Assembly (NCBI RefSeq): GCF_018350175.1
Contig: NC_058369.1
Span: forward strand, 7,504,001-7,568,000
Direction: 5' to 3'
Source: Felis catus
Lineage: Eukaryota
DNA length: 64,000 nt
Shown: positions 1 to 12,387 of the stretch, piece after piece
Layout: every line of letters starts with the position of its first letter
Position numbering within the stretch: position 1 is the stretch's first letter
Translations under genes and position numbers: made by a program
Notes under the pieces: model-generated
The model's database searches: none
What the model saw: only the letters and a program-made list of their open reading frames with translations
Told to the model about the DNA's origin: nothing

Positions 1-94
1 CACAAGGCACCAGCGCGCGCGCACACGCACACACGCACGGATGCACACGTTTGCACACACACCCCCTGCTCTTCACTCCCCTTTAAAAAATTTA

Positions 95-315
95 ATGGTT
101 TTTTTTTTGTTTTTTTTTTTTTTTTGAGAGAGAGAGAGAGACACAAAGCACGAGCGGGGGAGGGGCAGAGAGAGAGGGAGACACAGAATCCGAGGCAGGC
201 TCCAGGCTCTGAGCTGTCAGCACAGAGCCCGACGCGGGGCTCGAACTCGCCAACCGCGAGATCATCACCTGAGCCGAAGCCGGACGCTCAACTGACCGAA
301 CCCCCCAGGCGCCCC
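95..315 (-). mobile_element. Carnivore tRNA-derived SINE (SINEC)
   Basis: Poly-T, (GA)n, body and terminal ccaggcgcccc. Confidence 0.9.
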
Positions 316-1049
316 TTCTCTCCCCTTTTACAGTGATTCACTCAAAGGCGCAGAATAGCACACTGTCACCCCAGACTCTTCCACGGCCACACACCTGCTC
401 ACGCACATTTTGTACGACCCCCAGGCAGATGGACGGAATCGTGGGGACACACACAGACCTTCGCACACAGCTCAGTGGCCCAAATACCGCCGGGATGAAC
501 ACAGTCCTCGCTCGCTCCCATACACCAGTCACACGGACACACAACTCCAGGTGACAGGCTCCCAAGCCTCCCACAGTCACATCAACCCTCCGGCCACAGC
601 CTCCCGCTGTCACACACAGACCCCCCGTCACGTACAAACACCCTCTCCCATCACACCCCCAACTCGCGCACAGCCCAACCCACAAACTCTCAGTCACACC
701 CAGCCGTGACACAGACACACACGTTTACCCAGCAGCCCCCCAACACCTCACACACGTCCCCGTCAGTCACTCACACGTGAGTCCCGCCCCCTTCCCCACA
801 CTGGGGGTTCAGGTGAGGAGTGGGGGGGGCGGCTGCAGAATTCGGGCACCTCCTGCCGTAACGGGGGAAGTGTGGGGTAAGCACCACCCCAAGGCCCCCT
901 GAAGTTGCCCTTGCAACCCCACTCAGCCCCAGTGAGATGGCGGGTGTGGGCTCCGGGGCAATGAGAGGTTGAGAGCCCTGAAGCTGGGGTCACACTGTCC
1001 CCCAAGGCATCTCAGCCTGAGGCTGGATGTGAAGCCCCTCTTCCCCCCC

Positions 1050-1620
1050 AAGCAGGGGTGCACGTCCAGCCCCTCCCCCGCTGCGACCCCCGCCCCTCTC
1101 AGCCCCGGGGGGGCTTATGGAGCCCCCAAATCGCGTTTCTGCCGGGACCCGCTCGGACCCTCTCCCCTCCTGGAGCCCCTCGCGCCTGCACCTGCCCGCC
1201 AGGCCCCTACCTGTCCGGCGAGGCCTGAGCACAGCAGCAGCAGCAGCAGCAGCGGCGGCGGCGGCGGCGGGACCGTGAGCGGCCACATGACGCGCCCCCG
1301 GCCCGGCGTCCCGTCCCCCCGCCCGCGCTAGCGGCGCCTGGGCGCGGGGACCGCCACCTCGCGCGACCCCGCCCGCCCGGCCGGGGCGACCCTCGCCGCC
1401 GCCTCCCCCGCCTCGCCGGCGGCCGGGATTCCGCCCCACCCCCGCCCCCCCTCGCGCGCTCCTAGTCTTTGTTGCGGGCTCCGCCCCCCGCCCCGCCCCC
1501 AGCTCGTCTGCGGGCGCGGACCCAGCGTGGGTCTGGGGGCGGGGAAGGGGGAGGAGCTGGCACTGGGGAGGAGAGCTGGGGACCAGGCCCCGCAGTCCCC
1601 TAGGCCCGATGGGGGAGGGT
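1050..1620 (-). promoter_or_regulatory. CpG island / GC-box promoter of OLFM2
   Basis: Very high GC and CpG density around the exon; several CCGCCC Sp/KLF boxes (about 1370-1500); G-run clusters. Confidence 0.8.
1211..1288 (-). CDS. OLFM2: Olfactomedin-2 (noelin-2), first coding exon (signal peptide); rest of gene lies off the left edge
   Basis: ATG at 1288; reads MWPLTVPPPPPPLLLLLLLCSGLAGQ, then CAG|gtaggg donor at 1210. Matches the OLFM2 N-terminus as I recall it (MWPLTVPPPLLLLLCSGLAGQ) and the known OLFM2-COL5A3-RDH8 synteny. Confidence 0.93.
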
Positions 1621-2704
1621 CACGGGGATGGGGGAGGGGGTTCCGTCACGTGTTTGTAAATTTCACCCTCCCAGGACATTTCCCACGTTGAAAACAGGGG
1701 TGGGATGGGGGTCAAGGGGCGGGGGGAGTAAGAGGAAGGCCTGACAACCAAGAAGAGAACGTGAGAGGCCCCCTCCTTAAAGAACTCAAGAATCAACAGA
1801 GAAACTGAGGCAGAGCCTGTGAAATGGGACGTTGAGGGAAGGGGGTCACTGCCGGGACAAGGGAGGTGGAACGGAGATGGAAGGAGGAGTGAGAGACAAA
1901 AACAGGGAGACCGTTAGACCTGCGGCCGCTGGGGATGGCCAAGGGGGGGGCTGGCCCCCAAAGCGGGGTACCTTGTTTTCACTCTCCCCCTCCCACCCAT
2001 TTTCCAGGCCCCTCTTCCTCAAAGTCCCCCTCCCCTGCCACACCTGAGAGTTTCTCACCCCCCTTTCCATGGCCCAAGATGGGAGACCAGATCCCCAGAT
2101 CCCGAGAGGATCAAAATATTCACGCGCCTCCAACGAGAAGCCATTTGCATATGAAGGGCGTCCTGGTCCAGGCTCCAGCCTTTCTCTGCCTCTCCCCCCC
2201 TCTTCTCCGCAGTCACAGTCGCAGTCGTCTTCCTTCCCTTCCTTGTCAGAGGCTTTTTTGGTGGGGGTGGGGGGGGTTGGGGAGCAAGCCCGTCAGGTTA
2301 CAGAGGAATCAGCTATAACAGAGGGGTGGGGAGGCCTGGCACTTCTCTGACCCTACCGTATGCCAGGCAGATAACACGCTATGGGTGCTTTTGTCAAAGC
2401 AAGAAAGAGGATGGTGTCCAATGGACAGGGGTTTGACCCTGGTCCTGTCACGTCTTGGCCATGTGACCAAAGAGCTTTCCTTCTCTCAGGAGACCTGTTT
2501 CCTCATGGAGTTGTAGGGAGACATCTGTGACCCTTAAGATAGAGCCCCCAACCGGCCCTCAATCCCCTGAGAACGTTACCACAGTGAAGCATGGAGTTGA
2601 GGAAATTGGCCATGGGGTGTGGGACACAGAACAGAATCCGAGTCAGGGAAGGCATCCCATATCCCATCCATCCCTCTACCTGCTTTCCCAAATGGGAGAT
2701 TGCT

Positions 2705-2876
2705 GGGGTGCCTAGGTGGCTCAGTCGTTTGAGTGCCGGAACCTTGATTTAGGCTCAGGTCAGGATTTCACAGTTCACGAGTTCCAACCTTGTGTCCTGC
2801 TTCAAGCTGATAGTGTGGAGCCTGCTTGGGATTCTCTCTCTCCCTCTCTCTCTGCCCCTCCCCTGCTTGCATGCTG

Positions 2877-2908
<32 letters not shown>

Positions 2909-2935
2909 ATAAATAAATAGACTTAAAAAAAAATA
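2705..2935 (+). mobile_element. SINEC
   Basis: ggggtgcctaggtggctcagtc head, (CT)n, aataaataaa tail. Confidence 0.88.
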
Positions 2936-5114
2936 ACAATGGGAAATTGCCCTTTGCTGACAACTCAGGCCAAGCCCGCAGTAGGTGTAGAGAAGAAAAG
3001 GGATGTTGTTGGTTAGTGGAACCTATAAGTTTTTGACCGAGTGCGGGCTGTGGTTAACAGTGGGGGGAGGGGAGGCCCTGCACGTCCCCTTACTACAGAG
3101 TGGTGCCCTTGTTAGAGCTGTTTCAGGACCATGAACAACATCCTCTGGGCTCATGTCATTGTCATGGTCAAGCATGGCCTGTGCTATGCAGTTGACATTG
3201 GTCAGTATGTCCTTAGGTCCATTGCCCCTCCTTCCCCAGCTCTGCTGTTTCAGGGGTGTGGCCTCTGCAAACTACATTTCCCAGGCTCCCTTGCATCCCG
3301 CGAGGCTCAGCCAATGGGGTGGGGAGTGGGGGTGGGAAGAAGCCAGAGTATTTCTCCCCCTCTCCCTCCTTTCAGTGTTTCTGGCAGTGGCTGTTGTGTC
3401 TCCTCTGTGGTCTCAGCCCCACTGGGACCGGAGTCCCCTTGGTGGTTCAACTCCTATCAGGTGGTGGCAGGTTCTGGACTCTGCTAACTACTTCGTCCCT
3501 TCAGTTACTTCAGCTCTTGGGAACATGGTGGCTTGCTACTCACTCTAGAATCAATCCACTTCTCCCATTTACTCTTTAAAAAAAGCTTAACTAACGTCTC
3601 TGTGGCTAAATCCCCATGTGAAAGTTTGTTGCTGAACCACCTGGTGTGAGCTTTGTTTTTCTCACTGGACCCTGCCCAATACATTCAATGCTGTGGTCAC
3701 GGCCACAGCTGTGGTCACTAGCAATCTGTCCTGATCACACTGTGGTCAATGTCCTATTGAACTGGGATCTGTGCTGCCATCAGCATCCTGGTTCTACTGG
3801 GGTCAGCATTGTGGTCAGTTCTGTGGTCTCTACGGGTCATTCCTGGTTGTGTTGTTGTCAGCGTGATGGTCAGTTTCCTGGCTGAATGTCCTCAGGGTCA
3901 CAATCACTGTCCTGGTCATGCTGTAGTCATTGTTCTGACCTTGCTTTGGACAGTGACCTGGCCGTGCCGAGGTCAAAATTATGATCAGGTCACGTCCTGA
4001 TCAGGCTCAGACTCAGCGTCCTGGTTGCACTGTTGTCAACTTCAAGGTCAGCACCACGGTCAATGCTATGATGAGCATGGTGTCTACCTTCCTGTGTGGT
4101 CAGAGTAGTGATCAGGACTGTGGACCACCAGTGAAGACAGATCAGCTTCTTGAGAGACCTCATGCGGCAAAACCGCTGGACCAGGTGACTCAGGGTCTGG
4201 CTCTGGGCAAAGTCTGCCCTCCACGATGTATGGAGGCAGGACGAAGGAGCATTTGGTCCCTGCCAGCTCTCACCAGCTCACCATTGGCTTTTCCTAATTG
4301 GTGCCTGGGCGGCCATTGTCTTTACTGCGACCCTTCCTGAGTCTAGCCAGAGGAAGAAACATCCAGAGCTTTGTTTTCCCCCTGCACAGGGCCTGACACG
4401 GAGATGATCAAGAAGTTAATGAGTGAAAGAATCTATGCCATGCGTGTCTACACATGCCTTTGCTCTTGCGGATCCCTCTGTATATTTATTACTCAGAGGT
4501 CCTTTGGTAGCAAGTAGCAGAAAGGCAGCTAGAACTGTCTTAACAACAAAAAAAAGAATATCAGCTCACACGGAAAAAAAAAATCCAGGGGTAGTTGGAT
4601 TCAGGCATGGCTGGATCCAGGGGTCCTGGGACATCATCAAGATTCTGTCTTTCTCCATTTCTCATCTCCAAAACTGGGTTATTTGTTGTGCGTCTTTCCT
4701 TTCTTGTCAAATCCACACAGGCAACCGAAGGTCAGTCCTGCTGGGGACCCTTGGGAGAGAGTGTGGAATCTGTTCCTCGCAGTTGTCCTGCTTGAGGGCA
4801 AGGGAGGTGGCCGTTTGTTCTCCAGGTCCTGCATGTCACTGGGGGAGGGCTGTCCCCAGGGGTGCCCACTCTTCGGCATTTCTGGCCTGGCCAGTATGTG
4901 GACTGAGCCCTGAGGCTGGCAGAAGTGTGCAGAGGAACGTGTCACGGCCAAGGGGATATGGGCAAGACACTGACATCATCTGCCTCTGTCCCACTTTTCA
5001 GATGGAGAGATTGAGGTTCAGAGAGCTTAAGACACTGTATGAAGGCCACAGAGAGGACGTACAGCAGAGCTAAGACCACAATTCGGTTCATGTCTGACTC
5101 CAGACATGAAGTTC

Positions 5115-5327
5115 TTTTTTAACTTATTTTTTAATGTTTATTTTGTTTTTGAGAGAGAGAGAGAGCAGGGGAGGGGCAGAGAGAGAGAGGGAGACACAGA
5201 ATCCGAAGCAGGCTCCAGGCTCCGAGCTGTCAGCGCAGAGCCTGATGTAGGGCTTGAACTCAGGAACCGTGAGATCATGACCTGAGCCGAAGTCGGATGC
5301 TCAACCAACTGACCCTCCAGGCGCCTG
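5115..5327 (-). mobile_element. SINEC with target-site duplication (TSD)
   Basis: Flanked by gacatgaagttcttt / gacatgaggttcttt. Confidence 0.9.
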
Positions 5328-5711
5328 CTGACATGAGGTTCTTTATGCTGCGGTTGCAAGGGGATACCTGGGCCAGACCCTGTGGTCTTCACATGGCGTC
5401 GAGAAGGCCTGGCCCCTCCCAGGGGAGTCAAGCATTGCATCTTGGCCTTCCAAGCCCATGCATCTTCACGGGGGTCGTTCCAATGCCCTCCAGGTCCAGG
5501 GCTCCCAATCCCACACCTCCAAGTGCTCGCACAGAATGGAGCACAGCCCTCCTTCCTTGTCCCAGGAGAGGCTCCTGAGGTCAGCCCTCATCCATGGGGG
5601 CTCCCTGCAGGCTGCCTCCATGGTTCAGCCCCATTCTTTCCTTTTGTTGGGCATTTCTCACTGGGGAGCTTCTGCCAGCACTGGGACTCCCTCCCTTCCA
5701 GGCTTCACGCA

Positions 5712-6210
5712 GACACACACACGGGCAGGCACACACACACGCACACCCACACATGCACACGCATGAACACATACCCACAAATAACCACACACACACACAT
5801 AAGCACCCGCACATGCATGCAAACATACCCACGCATAAGCACACACACATACACATGCACACCCATGCACACACATGCAAACACACCCACACATGCACAC
5901 ACCCCACACATACACACAAGCACACACATACAAACATACCCACACATAAGCACACACACACACATAAGCACCCGCACATGCACACATACCCACACATGCA
6001 CACACATGCAAACATACCCACATAAGCACACACACATATACACACACACCCATGCACACACATGCAAACACACCCACACATGCACACACCCCACACATGC
6101 ACACACATACACACAAACACACACACATGCACACGCATGCAAACATACCCACACATAAGCACACACACACATAAGCATCCACACATGCACACACATACAC
6201 ACACACTGAA
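5712..6210. repeat. CA-rich compound minisatellite (cacacatgca / aaacatacccacacataagca units)
   Basis: About 500 bp of alternating purine-pyrimidine sequence with recurring sub-units. Confidence 0.92.
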
Positions 6211-7799
6211 CGACCTAGCTGTGGGAACAGGAACTTGTCCCCAGTTGCCCAAACTGGCACACAAACACACGACATGGGCACACAGTCACCCAGGGATACT
6301 GTGCTGAGATACAAGGTCCAGGCACATCACACCGAGACACAACGGTGTCACCCAGAACGAGCACACACAACCACATGCAACACACAGCCAGATATACACA
6401 TCCCAAGCTCAAGGGCCCACAGAAACACACATCTGCTGTCAGAAGGGGGAAGAACATCGGAGAGGAACCAGCCACAATTACCCAAGAAGCCACAATTATC
6501 CCCCGAACACACCTGACCCAACACACACACAGACCCCCAACACAAGAAATACACAAACCCCACCATTCAGGCACACAGCTCACACACATAGTTCCCCAGT
6601 ATGGACATGCAGTTCACCCACAAATCCACAACTCATCGCCCACAAATCCACAATTTAGCCACATGAAGACAGACGCACCACAACCACGCAGCCCCGTGTG
6701 GAGGTTCCTAAAACGGGCACAACAGTTCATACGGGAACACGTGTGCAAACCTACCAGATGACTCACAAAGTAGGCAGGTAGTTCACACACAAGCACACAC
6801 GCACAACAGAGGCAGACAGCTTGTACAAGACACGCCCACAGACCTACGCCTCAGACCCCGTCACACACACACAGGGACCCGCAGAGACCTACAACACTGC
6901 ACAGACACCCTCTGACACGCAAACCCCAGGCCAGGGCAGCGTGGGAATGAGGTTGTGGGAAGAGGGAGGTGGACAGAATGACTAAGGAGGCCTCTCTAGG
7001 GGAGGAGGGGGGGGACGGAGGACGGGTGGGCCTGTGTCCAGCGCATGTGGTTCCCATTACCGGCCTGGGAATTGAGGCATGAGTTGGCGGGACAAGGAGA
7101 CCCAGCATCGCTTCCCAGCCCTGCCAAGCCAGGAAGAAGCAAGGCCCTAATCTGAGGTTACAGGCCCGGAACTTGGCTCCGAATCACAGCAGCTCCTACC
7201 AAGAGGGGTCTACCCTGAGCCAGACCTGGCTGGGGCTCACTTCAACCCCTGCACCAGCCCTGGGAAGGGTTTCAGAGGAGAGGCAAGTGAGGGGCTCAGA
7301 GAGGTTAAGCTTCTAGCCTGAGGTCACACAGCCAGGAAGTGGTCGAGCTGGGATTGGAATTCAGGTCTCTGCGCAGCCCTGGCTTCTCCATTCATCCACC
7401 AGTAGAGACACGCCACTGGCCCCGGGCCTCACCTGCACTGGATTTGTGGCTACAAACAAGAAAGTTCCTGCCCTAAAATAATTGAGAGTTTGGTGCACGA
7501 ACAGATGGGCAGAGTTCTCTGAGCATGTTTGGAGAGCCCTGATCTGGCCTGGGGGCAGGATGGTTCAGAGCCAAAAGCTGAGCAAGAACTGGCAGGGCTC
7601 AGTGGGCAGAGAAAAGAGCAGATGCAAAGGCCCTGAGGCAGCAAAGCACAGGAGGCTAGCTCTCCTGGTGAGGGACGGTGACAAGTGAGGCCAGAGCTGC
7701 CAGGTACAAAGACCTGTACTTTAACTCGGGGCCAACAGGGAGCCTTGGAAGCTTGGAAGACTGGTGGGTGGAAAGGGGTAGAGTGTGGTTGGGGCAGCC

Positions 7800-9670
7800 A
7801 GTGTGAAGATCGTACCCAGGACAGCTGAAGACGTACCTTCCCCATAACCCAGAATTTCCATTCATGTATATTCATACACCCCAGACCCGTTTATCCTTGT
7901 GCCCAAAGACACGTGCTGGGATGTTTGAACAGGAACAAAATGGAAAGCACCTAAAAGTTTGTGAGTCCCACGGATAACCGATAACCGTGCTGAGGGAAGC
8001 ACTTACAAAGACACGACTAGAAATACTTGCAGAAATACTTGTGTCTAGATGGAGAAGATACAAAGCCTGTGGCTGAGCTAACAAAGCAAGTTGCCAAAGC
8101 GTCTTCAACATTGTAACAGTCAGAGATAGTTTCAAAACCTGCCAAACTATGCATCACCCATGGATACAGCCCCCCCTGCGTGCAGTAAACACCGGGAAAT
8201 ACTCTTGAGGACAGAAATCCCCGCACTCAAGGGAAGACAGAAACGGGGCATCGCGTTTAATGGGGACGGAGCTTCAGTGTGGGAAAAGGACAAAGTTCTG
8301 GAGACGGATGGCAGTGATGTGTGCCCAACAGCATGAACGTGCTTAATGCCACCAGACGAGACACTTAAAAATGGCTAAAGGGTAAAGGGTATGTGAGGTA
8401 TATTTGGTCACATTTTTTAAACACCTTAATTCTCCACACTCGTTTACCCATAATTGGGGGGAAGAAAGGCAGATGATGGCAGAAATGGGTACAACAGCTT
8501 CAAATGTGCGTGCAGTGTTTTATTTTTTAGGGTGGGCGGTGGGCACGTGTTTATCATAAAGTTCCCCCCACGTGTATTTTTTATAACGGCAACACTTTTA
8601 CAGCACTTGCCGCATGACTTAGAGCATTGCTCTAAGTGACCTATTTTAAGTAATTAACCCTCACACAGCCTGACGTTTAGATGCTCTCGGGCACCCCGTC
8701 GTCACAGCTGTGGAGACTGTGGGGCACAGTGAAGGTCACGCTTGCCCCAGTGAAGAAGTTGAACCCGGACCAGAGGACTTGGCTCTAGCCAAGATACCAC
8801 ACTGCCTCCATACACCTTCCATGTTTCATTCATTGGCTTTGTAACACTAGAAACGTACCCAAGAAGAGGTGGTGTCTTGGAGGGGTCATGGGAAGGGATA
8901 CGAGGAACTTTCTGGGGGCATTGGAAACAGTCTATATCTTCTTTAGGGCATGTAGACCGTCGTCAAAATTCATCACACAGAACACTTAAGACCCGTGCGT
9001 CTTATCATATGGTGCATGCCTCTGTGCAAACAATTTTTTTTAAGCTCATTAATTTTTTTTTTTTTTTTAGTAATCTCTACATCCAACATGGGGCTCAAAC
9101 TCATGGCCCCGCGATCTAGAGTCACACGCTCTTCTGACAGAGCCAGCCACGCACCCCCATGCAAACACATTTCGAGTATAGGTCCAAAAGAATTGAAAGC
9201 AGGGTCTTGAAGAGATATTTGCAAACCCATGTTCACAATAGCAGCATTATTCACAGCAGCCAAGAGTTGGAAGCAACCCAAGTGTCTATTGATGGATAAA
9301 AAGATGTGGTATGTCCATCCAAAGGAATAGTATTCAGCCTTAAAAGAGAGGGAAATTCTGACATACTACAAGGACCCTTGAGGACATTATGCTCAGTGAA
9401 ATAAGCCAATCGCAAAAGACAAATACTGTATAATTCTACCTGTATGAGGTCCTTAGAATAGCGGAAATCATAGGCACTAAAGGTAGGTGGTGGGTGCCAG
9501 GGGCTGGGGGGACGGGCGCGGGGAGTTGTTTAATGGGGACCGAGATACAGTTTTACAAGATTAAAAACTTCTAGAGGTCCGTCTGTCGCACAGCGATGTG
9601 AATGTACTTAACAGTAATGAAGTGTACACTTAAAAATGATTAAGATGGTAAATTTTACGTTTTTTAACAC
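7800..9670 (+). mobile_element. Old LINE-1 3'-end fragments (L1M-type), patchy
   Basis: Typical L1 3' motifs: catgttcacaatagcagcattattcac, ggaagcaacccaagtgtc, gtacacttaaaaatgattaagatggtaaatttta. Confidence 0.7.
9051..9157 (-). mobile_element. Short old carnivore SINE between L1 fragments
   Basis: Poly-T + taatctctacatccaacatggggctcaaactc...gcacccc. Confidence 0.7.
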
Positions 9671-10104
9671 AGAAGTAATGAAATCAAGTAAGAAATATAC
9701 CAAGGGCGGAGGAGAAGCATGTATAAACGTGAGACCAGCTTGGAACGGACAGGACAGCCTCTCAAGATCAATCTGGTCCTCTGTTTGCTCAGCTTCTGCT
9801 GTCTCCCTAGGATCTCCCCTGTCCCTTTAAGGTACAGGCCCACACTCTCCAAAGAAAACTCTGGTGTCTGGGGCACCCTGGACACAAGGGCACACATCCG
9901 CTCTTGTGGGGACAGGCCCTTGTAAGTTTGCATGGCACATGCCCGTTTGTAAATCTGTACCTTGTTGTCAGTGTTGGTGAGAAGTCGCAAAGCACCCTCC
10001 CTCTCTCTGTGCGAGCCTCTGCTTCAAGGATGCCTCCTCCAGGCAGCCTTCCCTGACCACCCTGTCTCAAAGAACACCTTTTTCTTGTCCTCCTCTCTGC
10101 CTTC

Positions 10105-10322
10105 TTTTTCTTTCTTTTTTTTTTTAATGTTTATTTTTGAGAGAGAGAGAGAGAGAGCAAGCAAGGGAGGGGCAGAGAGAGAGGGAGACACAGAATCCGA
10201 AGCAGGTTCTAGGCTCTGAGCTGTCAACACAGAGCCTGACACGGGGCTCGAACCCACAAACCGCGAGATCGTGACCCGAGCCAAAGTCTGATGCTTCACC
10301 GCCTGAGCCACCCAGGCGCCCC
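10105..10322 (-). mobile_element. SINEC with TSD, inserted in an L2 remnant
   Basis: tgccttcttttt on both sides. Confidence 0.9.
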
Positions 10323-11751
10323 TGCCTTCTTTTTCTTCATAGCACCACTTGAAGTGTCACCTGTGTATTTGCTTACTGCCTGTTGGCCCCACTCGAGTGT
10401 AAACTCCACGAGGGCAAACAGACCCTTGTTTTATTCCCTGCTGGATCACCAGACCCTACAATAGTACCTGGCACAGAGCAGGTGCTTCAACGAATGGATG
10501 AATGTGTGGTGTGGGGGAGGGGACCTCGAAACGTGCATGACGTCAGTTTAGCTGCGCCCGTGCCTGCAGTTCGTGCTGATGGCAGGTCTCCCTGTGTGGG
10601 CCTGTGTGTCCCTCTGCCTGCCTGGCAGACCCCGGGATGCAGCAGCTCGCATTCTGACAACGGGGGGCTCAGGTGTGGCTGCACATCTAAGTGTGGGTTT
10701 ATGAACATGACTGCGTGCGTGTGTGTGTGTGTGTGTGTGTGAGATGTGGGCTTTGGCTGTGTGTCCAGGCACAACTGGGTGTGTGCAACTGTGTGTGTGG
10801 CCTGCTATGCGTGTCAGCACGTCTGGAACCGGCTGGAGGTGTAGGGCTGGGTATAACGTGGGACTGCCTCTCTGAGTCCGCCTGGGGATCTGGGGCGGGA
10901 CAAGACGAGGGTCTGATTCTGTGGGCCCTTGGTCGGTGTATGTCACGGAGCATGACTATTTCCAACGCCGTGTGCGTCTGGGTTAAATCCGCTACTCCAC
11001 CCACCCCCTACAACCATGTGTGAAGCCACAGGCGGCTCTCACACTGGCCGCCCTGCCCCGCCCCCAGTTCAGAACACTTGCGCTCAGGAAGCACAAGTGC
11101 TGTGATTAATTATGGCCACTGAATATGCAAATCAGCTGGGGGTTTTCCCAGCAGCCGCCTGGGTGCTGGCCACGATGCTGGGTAAATACACATGCGATCC
11201 ACAATTCCCTCCTTACACCTTTGTCAATTACCTTCATTTAGCAGGGCTGAGATTCTAATTCTTCAACCAGCTTTTAGCTAATCAAAGAGTATTCATTACA
11301 TTATTAATTGTTCCTCCCTTCCAGAACACCTGCACCAGGGGTGGGACTGGAGTTGCGAAACCAGAAGCGGGCTGACTTGTGTTTGTAAACCCTGGGCTGT
11401 GTATTAGATGCCATTTTTTAAAACAATGGGAGAAAGTTCCCCTGAAGGAGAAGACGGCTTTTTGTTTAGCAAAATCTCTAGCTCCAGACTCTGGTCAATT
11501 TACTCTCTCTGTTCCCCAGTTCCATTACCTAAAAAAAACGAGGATGATAACAGAACCTTCCTCAAAGGTTGTGATGAAAATATATAAATTCATCCAGGGG
11601 AAACATTTGATGAACGCTGCCTGGCATGTAGATAGTCGATCAGTGGTCACTTATTATTAACAGTGTTGGTTGAGCTAATCACGGATTGCGTGGGTGTGAA
11701 GATGTGGTCTGCAAGAAATGTTGTGAATGGTTCTTTGTAAGAAAGTGAGAT

Positions 11752-11944
11752 TTAAAAAAAAATTTTTTTTTGAGAGAGAGAAAGAGTGCAGGGGGAGAGG
11801 GGCAGAGGGAGAGAGAGAATCTCAAGCAGGTTCCATGCCCAGCATGGAGCCGGACGTGGGGCTCGATCCCACGACCCTGGGATCACGACCTGAGCCAAAA
11901 TCAAGAGTTGGATGCTTAACCGACTGAGCCACCCAGGTGCCCCA
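11752..11944 (-). mobile_element. SINEC with TSD
   Basis: agaaagtgagat / agaaggtgagat flanks. Confidence 0.87.
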
Positions 11945-12160
11945 GAAGGTGAGATAAATTTGATCTAAGTGTAGACAGCCTTAGAGGAAGGGAGTGAAGA
12001 GGGTAGACAAGGGAGGTGTCAGGGAGGGAAAGATGGCGGAGGGCAGCAGAATTGTGGGAAATCCAGGCTGGGGGGGGTGGGGAAACATACCAGCTGTGAC
12101 AAATTTACAGTGGGGGGACTTTCAAGAACAAAGATATTGCATATTAAATTCTAAGTTGTT

Positions 12161-12387
12161 GGGGCGCCTGGGTGGCGCAGTCGGTTAAGCGTCCGACTTC
12201 AGCCAGGTCACGATCTCGCGGGGTCCGTGAGTTCGAGCCCCGCGTCGGGCTCTGGGCTGATGGCTCAGAGCCTGGAGCCTGTTTCCAATTCTGTGTCTCC
12301 CTCTCTCTCTGCCCCTCCCCCGTTCATGCTCTGTCTCTCTCTGTCCCAAAAATAAATAAACGTTGGAAAAAAAATTAAAAAAAAAAA
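12161..12387 (+). mobile_element. Young felid SINE (SINEC_Fc-type) with perfect 15-bp TSD
   Basis: TSD aaattctaagttgtt at 12146-12160 and 12385-12399; near-identical to the copies at 39347 and 62693. Confidence 0.93.

Noticed and set aside
990..1439. 149-aa poly-Ala/Gly ORF over the OLFM2 CpG island
   Set aside because: Wrong frame of the CCG/CTG repeat; the true reading frame is the short signal-peptide exon 1211-1288.
5382..6314. Long ORFs (165-258 aa) rich in H/T or C/V
   Set aside because: Translations of the CA-rich minisatellite; low complexity, no gene structure.
12161..12240. tRNA-like A/B-box sequences (here and in about 20 other places)
   Set aside because: Heads of tRNA-derived carnivore SINEs followed by (CT)n and poly-A; not tRNA genes.
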